DNA of 64,000 nt, taken from an uncultured Alphaproteobacteria bacterium (GTDB taxonomy: Bacteria; Pseudomonadota; Alphaproteobacteria; Rs-D84). Positions 8,045 through 17,190 of this stretch are shown here, one piece after another. Under the pieces are notes generated by a model. The model was not told the origin of the DNA, searched no databases, and was given only the letters and a program-made list of their open reading frames with translations. The stretch spans positions 4,830-68,829 of the forward strand of contig CALXLL010000004.1 of assembly GCA_944389185.1 (NCBI GenBank), read 5' to 3'. Both the position numbers and the translations under genes were made by a program. The stretch's first letter is position 1, and the number at the start of each line of letters is the position of its first letter.

Positions 8045-9115
8045 TTATCTGTTAGTTAATTGCAACTCTATACGACGATTCTTTTGCATACTTTCTTGAT
8101 CTGTTCCAAGCTCTACTGGATATAAATCACCGAAACCACTTGGCACAAGTCTTCGTCTGGATACACCGGCTTTTGCCAATTCATCGGCAACGGCAGTTGC
8201 TCTTAATAAAGATAATTCGGTATTATTCTTATAAGCTTTTGTTCCGCGCATAACTTGCTGTCTGTCCGTATGACCGTCTATACGAATAATCCAGTCTATA
8301 TCTGTAGGTATCTGATTTTCTAAATCTTTTATTACGTTAGCTATTAATCTAAGTTGATTCTTACCTTCTGGTGAAAGAGTATAAGAACCACTGCCGAATA
8401 ATATATCGCTGGATATTATAAATCTATCACCGTCTTGCTGTATAGTCGTTCTGTCACCAAGAGCAGTTTTTACGGCTTTATAGAACTCTGATTGATATTC
8501 TGCCATTTTATTAAGTTCCGCAACTTTATCTGCCAAAGCTTTGTTGAGTTTATTAGACATTTCTACGTATTGAATTTCTTGCTCTCTGGATTTTTCTTCG
8601 GCGGCACTTAATGCGCTTTGTAATTTCAATAATTGTTCTGATAAAGATGCGCGTTGTGCTTCTAATTCCGTCTGTAAGTCTTTTCTGTCTTGTTCAAGTT
8701 GTTTTGTAGCGGCTTTATCTACGTTTGCTTGATTAAGTTGCGTCGTTAGTTCACTTATTTTTGCTTCGTAGTCGGCGATAAGTTCTTCTACGCTGATATC
8801 AACTTCCGCAAGTTCCGTATTTAATGCAAGATTATCTTGCGTCAGATTTTCTAATTCGGCACGCGCAAGTATTAAAAGCCTTTTCGCTTCTTCTTCGTCT
8901 GCCGTCATCTGAGTTATTTTCTGTGCTTGTTCTTCATTAGTCTTTTTCAATTCAGCAATAGCTTTTGTCCCAGAGTCTTTATTAAATACACTGGTCGTGG
9001 TCCATAAAAAGACGAATACTATCAATAAGAAAATAAGTATTATCACCAAGTTAGAGAATAAGTCTACAAAAGCAGGCCATGTGTTTGTTTTTTCTTTAAA
9101 GCGTATGTTCATCAT
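8045..9115 (-). CDS. MotB/OmpA-like peptidoglycan-binding stator subunit with a long central coiled coil
   Basis: 356 aa. N-terminal WPAFVDLFSNL plus a TM helix (MotB-like, with an Asp just before the helix). About 160 aa of heptad-like E/K/Q/L sequence follow. The C-terminal OmpA_C-like domain reads IDGHTD......Y.NN.ELS..RA.AVA..L...GV...RL...G.G...P........Q.KNRRIEL. Confidence 0.8.
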   Translation of the reverse strand: MMNIRFKEKTNTWPAFVDLFSNLVIILIFLLIVFVFLWTTTSVFNKDSGTKAIAELKKTNEEQAQKITQMTADEEEAKRLLILARAELENLTQDNLALNTELAEVDISVEELIADYEAKISELTTQLNQANVDKAATKQLEQDRKDLQTELEAQRASLSEQLLKLQSALSAAEEKSREQEIQYVEMSNKLNKALADKVAELNKMAEYQSEFYKAVKTALGDRTTIQQDGDRFIISSDILFGSGSYTLSPEGKNQLRLIANVIKDLENQIPTDIDWIIRIDGHTDRQQVMRGTKAYKNNTELSLLRATAVADELAKAGVSRRRLVPSGFGDLYPVELGTDQESMQKNRRIELQLTNR

Positions 9116-9138
9116 TTTCCCTCTCGCTTTGGTTTCGT

Positions 9139-9915
9139 TTAAGATAACTCTGACAAAGTGTTCTTTAAGTCTTGAACGCTTTTGTTTAATTCTTGCGTGG
9201 CTTCGCTGATTTTAGGCAAAATGCTTGCCACTTCTTCCGAAGCTGATACGCGTGTGTGTGATGATAAGTAGTCTTCCAGTTCGTGAAAAATCGTGTTCTG
9301 AGCCAGCTGAACTTGAAGACTTAAAAAACCGACGCTAAGACTACCTGCCAAACCAAGTAAAGAACTGGTAAATGCTGTCGCCATACCTGACAAAGGTTTG
9401 GTAAGCCCCTGTTGCATAGTAAGCATTACTTGTTCGTCTTCAAAATTAAGACCGCCGATTAAATCTGCAAAACCACCAACCGTCATTATTAAACCTAAAA
9501 ACGTGCCAAGTAAGCCTAAAAATATAAGTGTGTTCGTTATATATCTGACCGATTCGCGCGAATCTTCAAAACGAATTAAAATCATATCAAGCATACCTTG
9601 TAAGTTGCCGGCAGATATTTTTTTTGGTCTGGCCTGCAACATCAAAGCGACAGAGCGTAAAAGCTTTGGCGGCAATTTGCCAGAACGACGCCCGCGCAGA
9701 TAATTGCTTAACCATTTATATTCTGGTAGTAATTGAAACATTTCAACAAAGCACAAACCAATTCCGAATATAGTAGTGCCGATAATTATACCGTTTAAGT
9801 ATATATTAGTGACGGCAATTTCCAGAAACTGACGATAAAAAAGCAGAATCCCCGCAAATAGAATAGCGGTAAATAAAGCCATTCGGTTAAGGTTTCTATG
9901 AAATTGGTTTGTCAT
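9139..9915 (-). CDS. MotA/TolQ/ExbB-family proton-channel subunit
   Basis: Multi-TM protein with the family signature GLLGTFLGLI...G and a C-terminal TM pair (ATAFTSSLLGLAGSL). The track start at 9957 is a TTG; ATG 9915 (MTNQFHRNL) has a GAGAG Shine-Dalgarno upstream and is preferred. It sits 23 nt upstream of the MotB-like gene. Confidence 0.75.
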   Translation of the reverse strand: MTNQFHRNLNRMALFTAILFAGILLFYRQFLEIAVTNIYLNGIIIGTTIFGIGLCFVEMFQLLPEYKWLSNYLRGRRSGKLPPKLLRSVALMLQARPKKISAGNLQGMLDMILIRFEDSRESVRYITNTLIFLGLLGTFLGLIMTVGGFADLIGGLNFEDEQVMLTMQQGLTKPLSGMATAFTSSLLGLAGSLSVGFLSLQVQLAQNTIFHELEDYLSSHTRVSASEEVASILPKISEATQELNKSVQDLKNTLSELS

Positions 9916-10064
9916 GTATCTCTCGCTTATATATAAGATGATAGTAAATATAGTCAAAACATGTCAACAATAAAAAGCTTGATTTTTATAGAAAAATATA
10001 CATAATAAGCTTTGTTCCTGCTGATGACATGGGGTCGTCGGCTGTATAAACCAAAGGAAATAAA

Positions 10065-10403
10065 ATGGCTTATTATGAAAGCGTCTTGGTTTTTCGCCAA
10101 GATATGACTGAACCGCAGGTTAAAGAAAAAGCGGCAAAGTTTTCCGAAATAATTAAAGAATTAGGCGGTGAAGTTAAGTCTACAGAGTTTTGGGGCTTAA
10201 AAAATCTTGCTTATATAATTCGTAAAAACCGTAAAGCTCATTATGTTATGTTTAACATGGAGTTGCCAGGTAATCAAATCACAGAATATGAACGCCGTCT
10301 GCGCATAGATGAAGACGTTATTCGTTTCTTAAATGTTCGCGTGGAAGAATTATCTACGACACCTTCTATAATGATGAAAAAAAATAACGAAGAGGTTGAA
10401 TAA
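10065..10403 (+). CDS. rpsF: 30S ribosomal protein S6
   Basis: [13 protein letters not shown]... is a typical S6 N-terminus; it is followed by rpsR with a 1-nt TAATG overlap. Confidence 0.93.
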   Translation: MAYYESVLVFRQDMTEPQVKEKAAKFSEIIKELGGEVKSTEFWGLKNLAYIIRKNRKAHYVMFNMELPGNQITEYERRLRIDEDVIRFLNVRVEELSTTPSIMMKKNNEEVE

Positions 10404-10630
10404 TGGCAGTTCGTGCAGCTATTTATCGTAAAAAATCTAACCCTTTAAAGGGAAAGGTTATTGATTATAAAGACGTTAAGACTTTAAGTCACTATATAAC
10501 AGAACGCGGTAAAATCGTTCCAAGTCGTATAAGCGGCGTTTCTCAGAAAGATCAACGTTTGTTGGCAACTGCTATTAAACGTGCACGTCATTTGGGATTG
10601 TTACCTTTCGTTCGTAATAACTTAGGTTAA
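10403..10630 (+). CDS. rpsR: 30S ribosomal protein S18
   Basis: 75 aa; IDYKD...L..YI.ERGKI.P.RI.G.S.K.QR.L..AIKRAR.L.LLP. Confidence 0.93.
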   Translation: MAVRAAIYRKKSNPLKGKVIDYKDVKTLSHYITERGKIVPSRISGVSQKDQRLLATAIKRARHLGLLPFVRNNLG

Positions 10631-10680
10631 TAGTTTAAATATTTGGGGGAAACCTCTAACTTGAAAAAAGGACAGATAAA

Positions 10681-11277
10681 ATGAAAGTTATTTTAACAGA
10701 AAAAATTACAAAACTTGGTAATATAGGCGATACAGTTGAAGTAAAGACGGGTTTTGCTCGTAACTTCTTATTGCCAAATAATAAAGCTATGCGCTGGTCA
10801 AAAGAAAACGTTGCTTTGTTCGAAGCTAAGAAAGCTGAATTACAGGCTCGTCAGGAAGCTGCTAGGAAATCGGCAGAAGCTAACGTTGATGCAGTTAAAA
10901 ACGCAAAACTTTATATGATACGTCAAGCCGGTGATACAGGTCAGTTGTATGGTTCTGTATCTACGCGTGATATTGCAAAAACGCTGAAAGAAGTTGCCGG
11001 TGTCGCCGTCGAATCTGCTCAGGTTCTATTGGGCGCACCTATTAAATCTATCGGTGCTTTTGATACGAAAATCGCTTTACACCCAGACGTTATCGTTCCT
11101 GTTAAAGTATATGTTGCACAGACTCAGGACGAAATAGAAGCTTTGGTTGCAGGTAAAGCTTTGACTTTCGGCACAAAGAAAGTTGAAGAAGAATCAACAG
11201 AAGAAAAAACAGAAGTTAAAGCAGAAGAAAAAAAAGAAGAAAAAGTTGATTCTGAACCTGTTGAAGAAGCGAAATAA
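10681..11277 (+). CDS. rplI: 50S ribosomal protein L9 with an acidic/lysine-rich C-terminal extension
   Basis: MKVILTEKITKLGNIGDTVEVKTGFARNFLLPNNKA is the canonical L9 N-domain. The last ~40 aa are E/K-rich (KKVEEESTEEKTEVKAEEKKEEK...). Confidence 0.92.
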   Translation: MKVILTEKITKLGNIGDTVEVKTGFARNFLLPNNKAMRWSKENVALFEAKKAELQARQEAARKSAEANVDAVKNAKLYMIRQAGDTGQLYGSVSTRDIAKTLKEVAGVAVESAQVLLGAPIKSIGAFDTKIALHPDVIVPVKVYVAQTQDEIEALVAGKALTFGTKKVEEESTEEKTEVKAEEKKEEKVDSEPVEEAK

Positions 11278-11293
11278 TTATTTCTTAACTTGT

Positions 11294-11320
11294 AAAAAAT
11301 CCGCCAATGGCGGATTTTTT
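11294..11320 (+). terminator. Rho-independent terminator after rplI
   Basis: aaaaaatccgcc-aa-tggcggatttttt. Confidence 0.65.
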
Positions 11321-11356
11321 AATGATTTTTTTTAGCGTTTGAATATAATCACTTGT

Positions 11357-12010
11357 ATGAAGCTTGAAAGTAAAGGAATTTTAATAGGCTTAAAACCTTT
11401 TGGAGAACGAGACCTGATTGCTAGTATTTTTAGCAAAGATTATGGCGTCGTTTGCGGGATGCTGAAAGGTGCTTTGATTAATAAAAAAAATAAGGCTTTA
11501 ATAGGGCAGATTGGAAACTTTTCTTGGAACGCAAGGTTGGATTCACAGTTAGGTGCATTCCATTGGGAACCAGAAAAAAATCTTGTTGCTTGCTTGATGA
11601 TGAATATGAATACGTTGGATGTTGTTAATTGCGTTTTTGATTTAATAAAAGCTTTGTTACCAGAACGAGAAAATTATGATGCTTTGTATGATGCAACTAT
11701 TTCTTTGCTAGAAAAATTAAAAACAGAAAATCCATTTACCGCATACTTAAGTTGGGAAATAGAATTGTTGCGTGATTTGGGGTATGCTTTGGATTTGGCT
11801 TGCTGTTCGGGATGCGGTTCAAGAAGTAATCTTAAATATATTTCTTCTAAAACCGGCAGGGCAGTTTGTGAAACTTGCGCAAAACCTTATTTATCAAAGG
11901 TTTATGAATTGCCGCTGAATCTGAATACAACGATTCGTTTTTTGGAAAAAGTGTTTATAGAGCAGGGTGGAAAAATCCCTATGACAAGAAAAAAATTATC
12001 AAGTTTTTAA
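11357..12010 (+). CDS. recO: DNA repair protein RecO
   Basis: N-terminal OB pattern (GILIGLKPFGERDLIASIFSKDYG) and a C-terminal zinc motif C.SGCG...C..C. The track start at 11339 is a TTG; ATG 11357 (MKLESKG) is preferred. Confidence 0.8.
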   Translation: MKLESKGILIGLKPFGERDLIASIFSKDYGVVCGMLKGALINKKNKALIGQIGNFSWNARLDSQLGAFHWEPEKNLVACLMMNMNTLDVVNCVFDLIKALLPERENYDALYDATISLLEKLKTENPFTAYLSWEIELLRDLGYALDLACCSGCGSRSNLKYISSKTGRAVCETCAKPYLSKVYELPLNLNTTIRFLEKVFIEQGGKIPMTRKKLSSF

Positions 12011-12091
12011 TCCTAAATATTTGTATTTAATACTTGCGCTTTCGTTTTTTTTTGTGTATTTTTAGTTTGTTCAACAGAAAAGGAGAAAACT

Positions 12092-12916
12092 ATGACTTGG
12101 ACAATATTGGTTCTAATAGTAGGTATTGCTCTTTACTTGTTTGGTGGCTTGCTATTCAAACAAGACGGTAAAAAACCTTCTACAAAAATCATGCTAGCAC
12201 ACAAATCAATCAAAATGCTTGCTATCATATTGGTTGCAGGCAGCGTTTGTCGTTTGTATGTTCCATACTATATGACTTCTGTAAATCCTATGATTTTACA
12301 AGAAATGATTAATAGCATGCAAGAACAGCAAAACGCAGAAAAAAATAAAGCGATTCGTTCTTTCGTTCGTGACAATACGGACGTTATGGTTGCAGATGCA
12401 CCTGTTATGGGTAAGCAAGACGCTAAGAAAACCATATTTGTCTGGACAGACTTTTCTTGCCCATACTGCCGTCGCGTTCATGGCGAATTAGATCGCGTTT
12501 TAAAGAATCGTGACGACGTTCGCGTTGTTGTTAAGAACTTTTCTATACACGGTCCTTTGTCTGATGGTCCTGCAAAAGCAGTTATCGCAGCTAAATTACA
12601 AAGTCCAGAAAAATCTGCTAAGTTAGTAGATATGTTGATGACTCGCAATTATTACACTCAGGATGATTTGAAAGATCAATCAAAGATTGCTGAAAAAGTA
12701 GAAAAGAACGTTATGAAAATGGCTGAAGAAGCTGGCTTGGATACGGCACAACTGAAACAAGATATGGATGGTGAAGTTGTCGCTCGTGAATTAGCAAACG
12801 TTCGTGATTTGGCTCAACGTTTTGAAATCACAGGAACACCTTTCTTAATCATCGGTGAAGAAGCGTTCCCAGGTGCAATACCTTATGAACAAATCAATAA
12901 TGCTTTGGACAAATAA
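12092..12916 (+). CDS. Membrane-anchored DsbA-family thiol:disulfide oxidoreductase
   Basis: 274 aa; N-terminal TM anchor; thioredoxin-fold active site FSCPYCRR (CPYC); C-terminal ...GTPFLIIG typical of DsbA/Com1-like proteins. Confidence 0.8.
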   Translation: MTWTILVLIVGIALYLFGGLLFKQDGKKPSTKIMLAHKSIKMLAIILVAGSVCRLYVPYYMTSVNPMILQEMINSMQEQQNAEKNKAIRSFVRDNTDVMVADAPVMGKQDAKKTIFVWTDFSCPYCRRVHGELDRVLKNRDDVRVVVKNFSIHGPLSDGPAKAVIAAKLQSPEKSAKLVDMLMTRNYYTQDDLKDQSKIAEKVEKNVMKMAEEAGLDTAQLKQDMDGEVVARELANVRDLAQRFEITGTPFLIIGEEAFPGAIPYEQINNALDK

Positions 12917-12934
12917 TTTTGATTGACTGAAACA

Positions 12935-12965
12935 AAAAGCTCTCGCACTTTGCGAGAGTTTTTTT
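12935..12965. terminator. Bidirectional rho-independent terminator
   Basis: aaaaagctctcgca-cttt-gcgagagttttttt between the convergent dsbA-like gene and pgk. Confidence 0.65.
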
Positions 12966-12985
12966 GTTTCATTATTAAAATTATT

Positions 12986-14155
12986 TTATTTATCTTCTAA
13001 AACGACTATACCAGGAAGTTTTTTGCCTTCTATGAATTCTAAGAATGCGCCACCACCTGTGGATACATATGTTATATCGTTTTTTACACCGCAGGCTTCA
13101 AGAGCTGCAACCGTATCACCACCACCTATGATGCTTTCCAGTTTGCCTGCTTTTGTTTGTTCGGCTATTGCTTTTGCAAGCTCGAATGAACCATAAGACC
13201 ATGTCGGCATCCATTCTGCCATGCCAAGTGTTCCATTCCAAATAACTGTCGCTGCTTTTTTTACTTCTGCGATGTTTCTTGCGGTTGTTTCTATACCAGC
13301 ATCGATAATTACATCATCGTCTTCTAGCTCTGTAAAGGCTTTATTTGTTCTTACGGCTTCTTTTGTAAACTCTTTCGCCACACCCTTATCCAGCGGTAAT
13401 AAAACTTTACAATTATTCGCTTTCGCGTATTCCAGTATTTCTAGAGCTGTATCTTTTTGGTCGGCTTCATATAGAGAATTACCGACTTTATCGCCCAACG
13501 CATAGTTAAAAGTCGTTCCTAATGCACCGCCAATTATTAAAGTATCTGATAATTTTGACAAAGCTTTTAATACACCTATTTTAGTGGACACTTTACTTCC
13601 GGCCACGATAGAAAGCAAAGGACGCTTTGGGTTTTCCATAACTTTTGTAAGTTCTGTTATTTCTGAAGCAAGAAGTTTCCCCGCATAAGAAGGTAATATT
13701 TCTGCAACACCAACTGTGCTGGCGTGCGCCCTATGTGATACCGCAAAAGCGTCGTTTATAAAAATGTCATACCCGTATGCAAGCTTTTTTGCAAATTCAA
13801 TATTGTTTTCTTCTTCGCCTGCATAAAACCTGACGTTTTCTAATAAAACAACGTCACCGTCTTTCATGTCTTTTATAAAATCTTTATCAAGACAATCTGG
13901 TATTAAAGGTATTTTCATGTATTCAGCAACTGGTTTTAAGCTATACTTCATATCTTTCGTGCCTTTGGGTCTACCAAGATGAGCGCATATAGCAACTTTT
14001 GCCCCGCGTTCTTTTAACCAATTTATAGTCGGCATGCTTTGTCCTATTCTGAAAGCATCTGTAATTTCACCTTCAACAATTTGGACGTTAAAATCGTCTC
14101 GTAATAAAATGGTCTTGCCGCGAACGTCAAGATTTTCAATTGTCCTTAACTTCAT
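12986..14155 (-). CDS. pgk: Phosphoglycerate kinase
   Basis: 389 aa; LLR.DFNV, HLGRPKG and the C-terminal STGGGA.LEF.EGK..PG motifs. Confidence 0.95.
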   Translation of the reverse strand: MKLRTIENLDVRGKTILLRDDFNVQIVEGEITDAFRIGQSMPTINWLKERGAKVAICAHLGRPKGTKDMKYSLKPVAEYMKIPLIPDCLDKDFIKDMKDGDVVLLENVRFYAGEEENNIEFAKKLAYGYDIFINDAFAVSHRAHASTVGVAEILPSYAGKLLASEITELTKVMENPKRPLLSIVAGSKVSTKIGVLKALSKLSDTLIIGGALGTTFNYALGDKVGNSLYEADQKDTALEILEYAKANNCKVLLPLDKGVAKEFTKEAVRTNKAFTELEDDDVIIDAGIETTARNIAEVKKAATVIWNGTLGMAEWMPTWSYGSFELAKAIAEQTKAGKLESIIGGGDTVAALEACGVKNDITYVSTGGGAFLEFIEGKKLPGIVVLEDK

Positions 14156-14759
14156 TTTTTATTCTCTCCTTGATTGGTTTAAAAGTCTTTCTATAAAGTT
14201 CATTTATACCATATTTATCGATTGCTTGCAAATGAGCCACAGTTGGATACCCCGCATTTTTATCCCATTCATATTCCGGGTATTTTTTTGATAATTCGTG
14301 CATAATATTATCTCTGGTTTCTTTCGCAATAATAGACGCCGCAGCCACGGAAAGCGATTTAGAATCACCTTTTACGATTGCTTTACCATTTATTTCTGCT
14401 GGCAACTTGTTCCCGTCTATTAAGCAAAACTCTGGTTTACAAGTTAACTTTTTAATTGCTCGCTTCATGGCAAGTAAAGACGCCTGTAATATGTTTATTT
14501 CGTCTATTTCTTTTGGGCTGCATTCCGCATATGCCCATATAGTATTTTTGGTTATCCAGTCATAAGCTTGCAGGCGAGCTTTATGACTCATTTGTTTAGA
14601 GTCTTTTATTATTACAGGTATATCAATATCAAAGGAAGGAAATATTACCGCTGCAGCTATTACGGGACCGCACAAGGGGCCACGTCCAGCTTCATCAACG
14701 CCAGCTATTATATTATATCCAGATTCTTTTTCTATCGTGAAATCAGGAATAAAGGACAT
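14136..14759 (-). CDS. rnhB: Ribonuclease HII
   Basis: GVDEAGRGPL.GPV..AAV active-site motif; 207 aa; its 3' end overlaps the pgk start by 20 nt. Confidence 0.92.
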   Translation of the reverse strand: MSFIPDFTIEKESGYNIIAGVDEAGRGPLCGPVIAAAVIFPSFDIDIPVIIKDSKQMSHKARLQAYDWITKNTIWAYAECSPKEIDEINILQASLLAMKRAIKKLTCKPEFCLIDGNKLPAEINGKAIVKGDSKSLSVAAASIIAKETRDNIMHELSKKYPEYEWDKNAGYPTVAHLQAIDKYGINELYRKTFKPIKERIKNEVKDN

Positions 14760-14782
14760 AAATGCCCCCTTTATTTCATATA

Positions 14783-16507
14783 TTAAATTGATAAACGATC
14801 TTTGATTTGTTTTTGAACGTATTCATCTTCGCTATTATATAATGGCCATTGACCTTCAGCTAAATCTTTCATCGTTGTAAGCGGTTGATCAAGTTTTGCA
14901 CGGTATAACCACAAATTAGACATAACCCTTTTTATATAACTTCTTGTTTCGTAAGCAGGAAAGCTTTCTATATATAGCAACGGATCATACGTTTCAAAAT
15001 CTTTTTCAAATTTGACGACCGAACCCATACCGGCATTATATGCCGCCAACATTTTTATTATATTATTATTAATATTTGGATGGCCAAGTAAATCAACTAT
15101 ATATTGCTGACCAAGGAACATATTATGTTCTGGGTTGGACATATCTATATCCGACATATTTACTTTGTTTTCTTTTGCCACTTTTTTAGCTGTGCTGGGC
15201 ATTAGCTGCATTAAGCCGTTTGCACCTGCGTTTGATTTAGCATTTGGTTTAAAACCACTTTCTTGTTTGGTTATTGCTAGTAATAAAGCGCGGTCAATAG
15301 ACCAACCACCCATAGGTTCCCAGTCTGGTAAAGGATACTGCGCAGAATATATAATGTCATCGTCGATTTCTAGAATACCGCGATCTTTTACAACCCCAGA
15401 AGCTTGGATGGATACGCGCGGTAAACCATAAGCTGTTGCAACGGAATTAATAGCATGAAGTAATCGGTCCGACGCTTTTGATGTTATCATATACTTTAAA
15501 TATTCTTCTGCTCGGTCTTTTTTGCCTATCTGCAATAATGCCAAAGCTCTTTTACCGTATTTAGATTTACTTAGTTCTTGTATGTCTTCTTCGGTATATT
15601 CTTGTTCAAAAAATTCGTATTTTGGGCTGTCGCCTAACATCGTGGCCGATAACGCACCGTAAAACGCCATAGGATATGCAGCCGCGATTTTCCAATAATT
15701 TTTAGCTGATTTTCTATCCCCGTTGAAATCAGCTGCACGACCCGCCCAGAAAGCAGCTTCTGTTTTTCTTGCGTTATTTATTTGCTTCAATTCTAGTATT
15801 TGGCTGAAATATTTTACGCTTTCATCATACTTTTCTTCCTTGAAGTATAGTAGTCCCATGGTCCATAAACCATATTCTGATTTTGCGTCAGAAGAAACAA
15901 AACCCCATTTTTTCGCAAGTTCGAATTCACCATTAGTATAATATACAAAAGCCAGTCTTCCGGCCAATCTTCCATAATCGGATTCTGTTAGTTTCTTTTT
16001 AAAACTTGGGTCTTCTAGTATCAATCTGGCGGTTTTTGTATAACCGCTGCGGATTGCTTTCTTAAACTTGTTGATTTTTGTATTCGTGTCCCCAGAATAT
16101 TTTTTTGCCGTCCACGTTTCCGATTGCGGCGTTTCTATAGAAGCGCCACCACTTAAATATTTTGGAACGTAAGCTTTCTTGACGGTTGCTTGCTTAATAC
16201 CCGCAAGTTTTTCCATGCGTGTTGCCCCCGGCATATCATAGTATTGATTCATCCAAGAAATTAGTTCTTTCCCGCGCGTCCGATAAGTTTTTGATATAAA
16301 ACGTTGATAAAGAACTTCGTTCATAAGAAGTTTATCAGTTAATTGACTTTCAAGCTTTTGGGCCGCTGTGATTTTTTCGTTCGATTGTAACGTAAATATC
16401 TGAGCATAAAGTTCTGCGTCTGAATCTGTTAAAATATTTATGTCTTCTGATGCGAACGCACCAAAAGGTAATATTACAGCAAATAAAAATATCAGGATTT
16501 TTTTCAT
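14783..16507 (-). CDS. Soluble lytic murein transglycosylase (Slt family)
   Basis: Signal peptide, a helical superhelix-type N-region, and the SLT catalytic motif ITKQESGF.P.A.S.AGA.GLMQLMP.TA. Confidence 0.85.
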   Translation of the reverse strand: MKKILIFLFAVILPFGAFASEDINILTDSDAELYAQIFTLQSNEKITAAQKLESQLTDKLLMNEVLYQRFISKTYRTRGKELISWMNQYYDMPGATRMEKLAGIKQATVKKAYVPKYLSGGASIETPQSETWTAKKYSGDTNTKINKFKKAIRSGYTKTARLILEDPSFKKKLTESDYGRLAGRLAFVYYTNGEFELAKKWGFVSSDAKSEYGLWTMGLLYFKEEKYDESVKYFSQILELKQINNARKTEAAFWAGRAADFNGDRKSAKNYWKIAAAYPMAFYGALSATMLGDSPKYEFFEQEYTEEDIQELSKSKYGKRALALLQIGKKDRAEEYLKYMITSKASDRLLHAINSVATAYGLPRVSIQASGVVKDRGILEIDDDIIYSAQYPLPDWEPMGGWSIDRALLLAITKQESGFKPNAKSNAGANGLMQLMPSTAKKVAKENKVNMSDIDMSNPEHNMFLGQQYIVDLLGHPNINNNIIKMLAAYNAGMGSVVKFEKDFETYDPLLYIESFPAYETRSYIKRVMSNLWLYRAKLDQPLTTMKDLAEGQWPLYNSEDEYVQKQIKDRLSI

Positions 16508-16512
16508 ATTAT

Positions 16513-17013
16513 TTAAAATAAAGTGTCTTTTGGTAATTCACAAACTTGCGCACCTTCTTCTGCTTCCGGTATTTTTTCAATTATTTTCTTAAAGTCCGAT
16601 ATTTTAGAGAACTTTCTGTATACGGAAACAAATCTTACGAAAGCAATTGGGTCCAGGTTTAATAACGAATCAGATACCATTTGACCGACTTGCGTGCTGG
16701 ATACTGTATCGTCTGCCGTTTCGGTTTCAAGTCTTCTGTGGATAGAAGTAATGACTTTTTCTATTTGTTCATCGCCTACGTCACGATTGCGACAAGCCAA
16801 TTTTATGCTGCGACGAAGCTTTTCTCGATCAAAAGCTTCAAGTTTTCCGCTGTTCTTACGAACCATTAAGTCACGCATTTGAATGCGTTCTACGGTTGTG
16901 AACTTTGCACCGCATTGATTACAAACACGACGACGACGAATTATCGAATCTTCGGTGTCTGGTCTTGAATCCGTGACGCGGCTGTCAGTAGAATTACAGT
17001 ATGGGCATCTCAT
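16513..17013 (-). CDS. nrdR: Transcriptional repressor NrdR
   Basis: MRCPYCNSTDSRVTDSRP....IRRRR.C..CG.RFTT.E zinc ribbon plus an ATP-cone. ATG 17013 was chosen over the longer track ORF. Confidence 0.93.
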   Translation of the reverse strand: MRCPYCNSTDSRVTDSRPDTEDSIIRRRRVCNQCGAKFTTVERIQMRDLMVRKNSGKLEAFDREKLRRSIKLACRNRDVGDEQIEKVITSIHRRLETETADDTVSSTQVGQMVSDSLLNLDPIAFVRFVSVYRKFSKISDFKKIIEKIPEAEEGAQVCELPKDTLF

Positions 17014-17190
17014 GAGTATATAAGGTAGCAAGCATTTTTACCCATGTAAAGCAGAAAGTTTTTTGCGCTTTTTTTATTAAAAAAGTGCTTTTTTATAAAA
17101 ATCAAGTCTTTTATTTTAACTAATTTACTTGTCCGCGGCTTTTTAACATCGTCAAAATATGATAAAATGTATATCAAGATAGCGAGAGAG

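Noticed and set aside
8045-9957. MotA/MotB-like pair as a Zorya anti-phage system
   Set aside because: In Zorya the long coiled-coil tail is on the MotA-like ZorA and the system includes ZorC/ZorD-type genes. Here the coiled coil is in the MotB-like subunit and no such partners are adjacent. The pair is kept as an unexplained stator pair instead.
16730-16745. DnaA-box-like sequence (tgtggatag) as an origin marker
   Set aside because: It is a single imperfect match inside the nrdR coding region, with no cluster of boxes and no adjacent AT-rich unwinding element.
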